Source: Camelus ferus (Eukaryota). Taken from it: DNA of 64,000 nucleotides. The DNA lies in assembly GCF_009834535.1 (NCBI RefSeq), contig NC_045714.1, positions 42,408,001 to 42,472,000 on the forward strand, read 5' to 3'. Position 1 is the first letter of the stretch. Each line of letters begins with the position of its first letter. Below the pieces are notes generated by a model. That model had not been told where the DNA came from. It saw only the letters and a list, made by a program, of their open reading frames with translations, and ran no database searches. A program made the translations under genes and the position numbers. Positions 63,040-64,000 of the stretch are shown here, in pieces.

Positions 63040-63560
63040 GTAAAAATGGGACAGTCTTGTGCTTTAAATCTCTTTTACTGTTTCCCCCACTTGACACTAT
63101 AAGTTCCATCCACGTTGTTGTGTGTGCATCTAACGGGTCGTTTCTCAAGGCTGTGCAGAATTTCAGGGTACGCAGTCATCGTGGTTCACTAACTCATGCC
63201 TTCATCACTCCCCCTGCCTCCTGCCCATCTAGGCCATGAACAAGGCTGTCATAAATAACCTCTTCCCTGTCTTCTTAAGGATCTGAGCAAACTTGCTTTA
63301 AAATATATTTCACAGAGTAAGATTGCTGAACCATGTACCCAATGCCTATTTCATTTTACTGAAAACTGCCTGCTTATTTTACAGAAACACTGAGCAAGTT
63401 TCCATTCCTCCCAGCCTCTTCGCTTGGATTTCTCACCCTTCCCACTGCAACAGACCGAGGGCACGGACGTCAGTTCCTGGTGCCACCCCCACCCCGCCCC
63501 CACTCAATTTGGTATTGACTTTATGGTTGCTGACAAATAATACTTCAGTCTAAGGCACAT
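63040..63560 (-). mobile_element. Old L1 fragment, antisense
   Basis: agttccatccacgttgttg...gtaagattgctgaaccatgtacc...agcaagtttccattcctccc. Confidence 0.55.
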
Positions 63561-64000
63561 GGCTGGGGCCATTCCCTAGTGTTTAACAGATGGAATTTCT
63601 ATTTTCACTTGTTTTTGAAATCATGTTTTTGGGGAGAGGTGCAGGTCAGAGGTGGGAGCTCTGTAGTCTGCCTTTCCACGGCACTCCCTGGCTGCCTTCA
63701 AAGGTCCCACCTCCATGAAGGAACCGGGCCCCTGTGCTTGGGCCAGTGTTTTAAGCTGCAAGGAATGTGGTGACTCAGCTGGTCGCCCAGGGACACCTCG
63801 GTGAACAAGGCCGAGGGAAGGAAGTCATTACACAGACAGCTGGGCTGTAAAAAACAAAAATACTCCACGTACCAAACTTTACAAAGCACTGTGGCTGTGT
63901 GTCCCATGACTCAATGGGACACTGCTTCTGCCACGTGGCCCCCAGGTCAGATATGTGGCCCCCGGCTCAGAATACGTGGCACATAGCCCTCACTCACGGC

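Noticed and set aside
51700-64000. Possible divergent antisense lncRNA from the island
   Set aside because: No + strand exon structure could be supported; the region is almost all L2, MLT1 and L1.
1-64000. CRISPR arrays, rRNA, operon-like or viral gene clusters
   Set aside because: None seen; the content is typical eutherian intronic and intergenic DNA.

Overview
This is mammalian genomic DNA, most likely camelid, judged from two young tRNA-derived SINEs of the Vic-1 type. It has six internal N gaps and is largely old and young interspersed repeats (L1, L2, MIR, L3/CR1, MaLR LTRs, MER5, Tigger). I find no supportable protein-coding CDS: the listed ORFs are CpG-island, repeat or N-gap artefacts. 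The main structure is the 5' end of one minus-strand gene. It has a CpG-island promoter (~50.5-51.7 kb), a GC-rich non-coding first exon ending at 51212, a ~36 kb first intron, and a 96-nt second exon (14945-14850) with good splice sites and upstream ATGs. A weaker candidate exon lies at 1792-1671. This layout matches my recollection of the SGMS1 (sphingomyelin synthase 1) 5' UTR, but the name rests on exon and intron sizes, not an alignment. I did not find a convincing new multi-gene system. The most interesting observations are a SINE/L1 chimeric insertion inside one TSD pair, an inverted SINE pair bracketing exon 2, a 10-bp-phased CCGAG array at the presumed TSS, a CpG-rich patch inside an ancient L2, and a possible spliced uORF ending in a TGATG stop-start overlap. 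Repeat boundaries are approximate unless a TSD or TIR is quoted, and subfamily names come from remembered consensus sequences.
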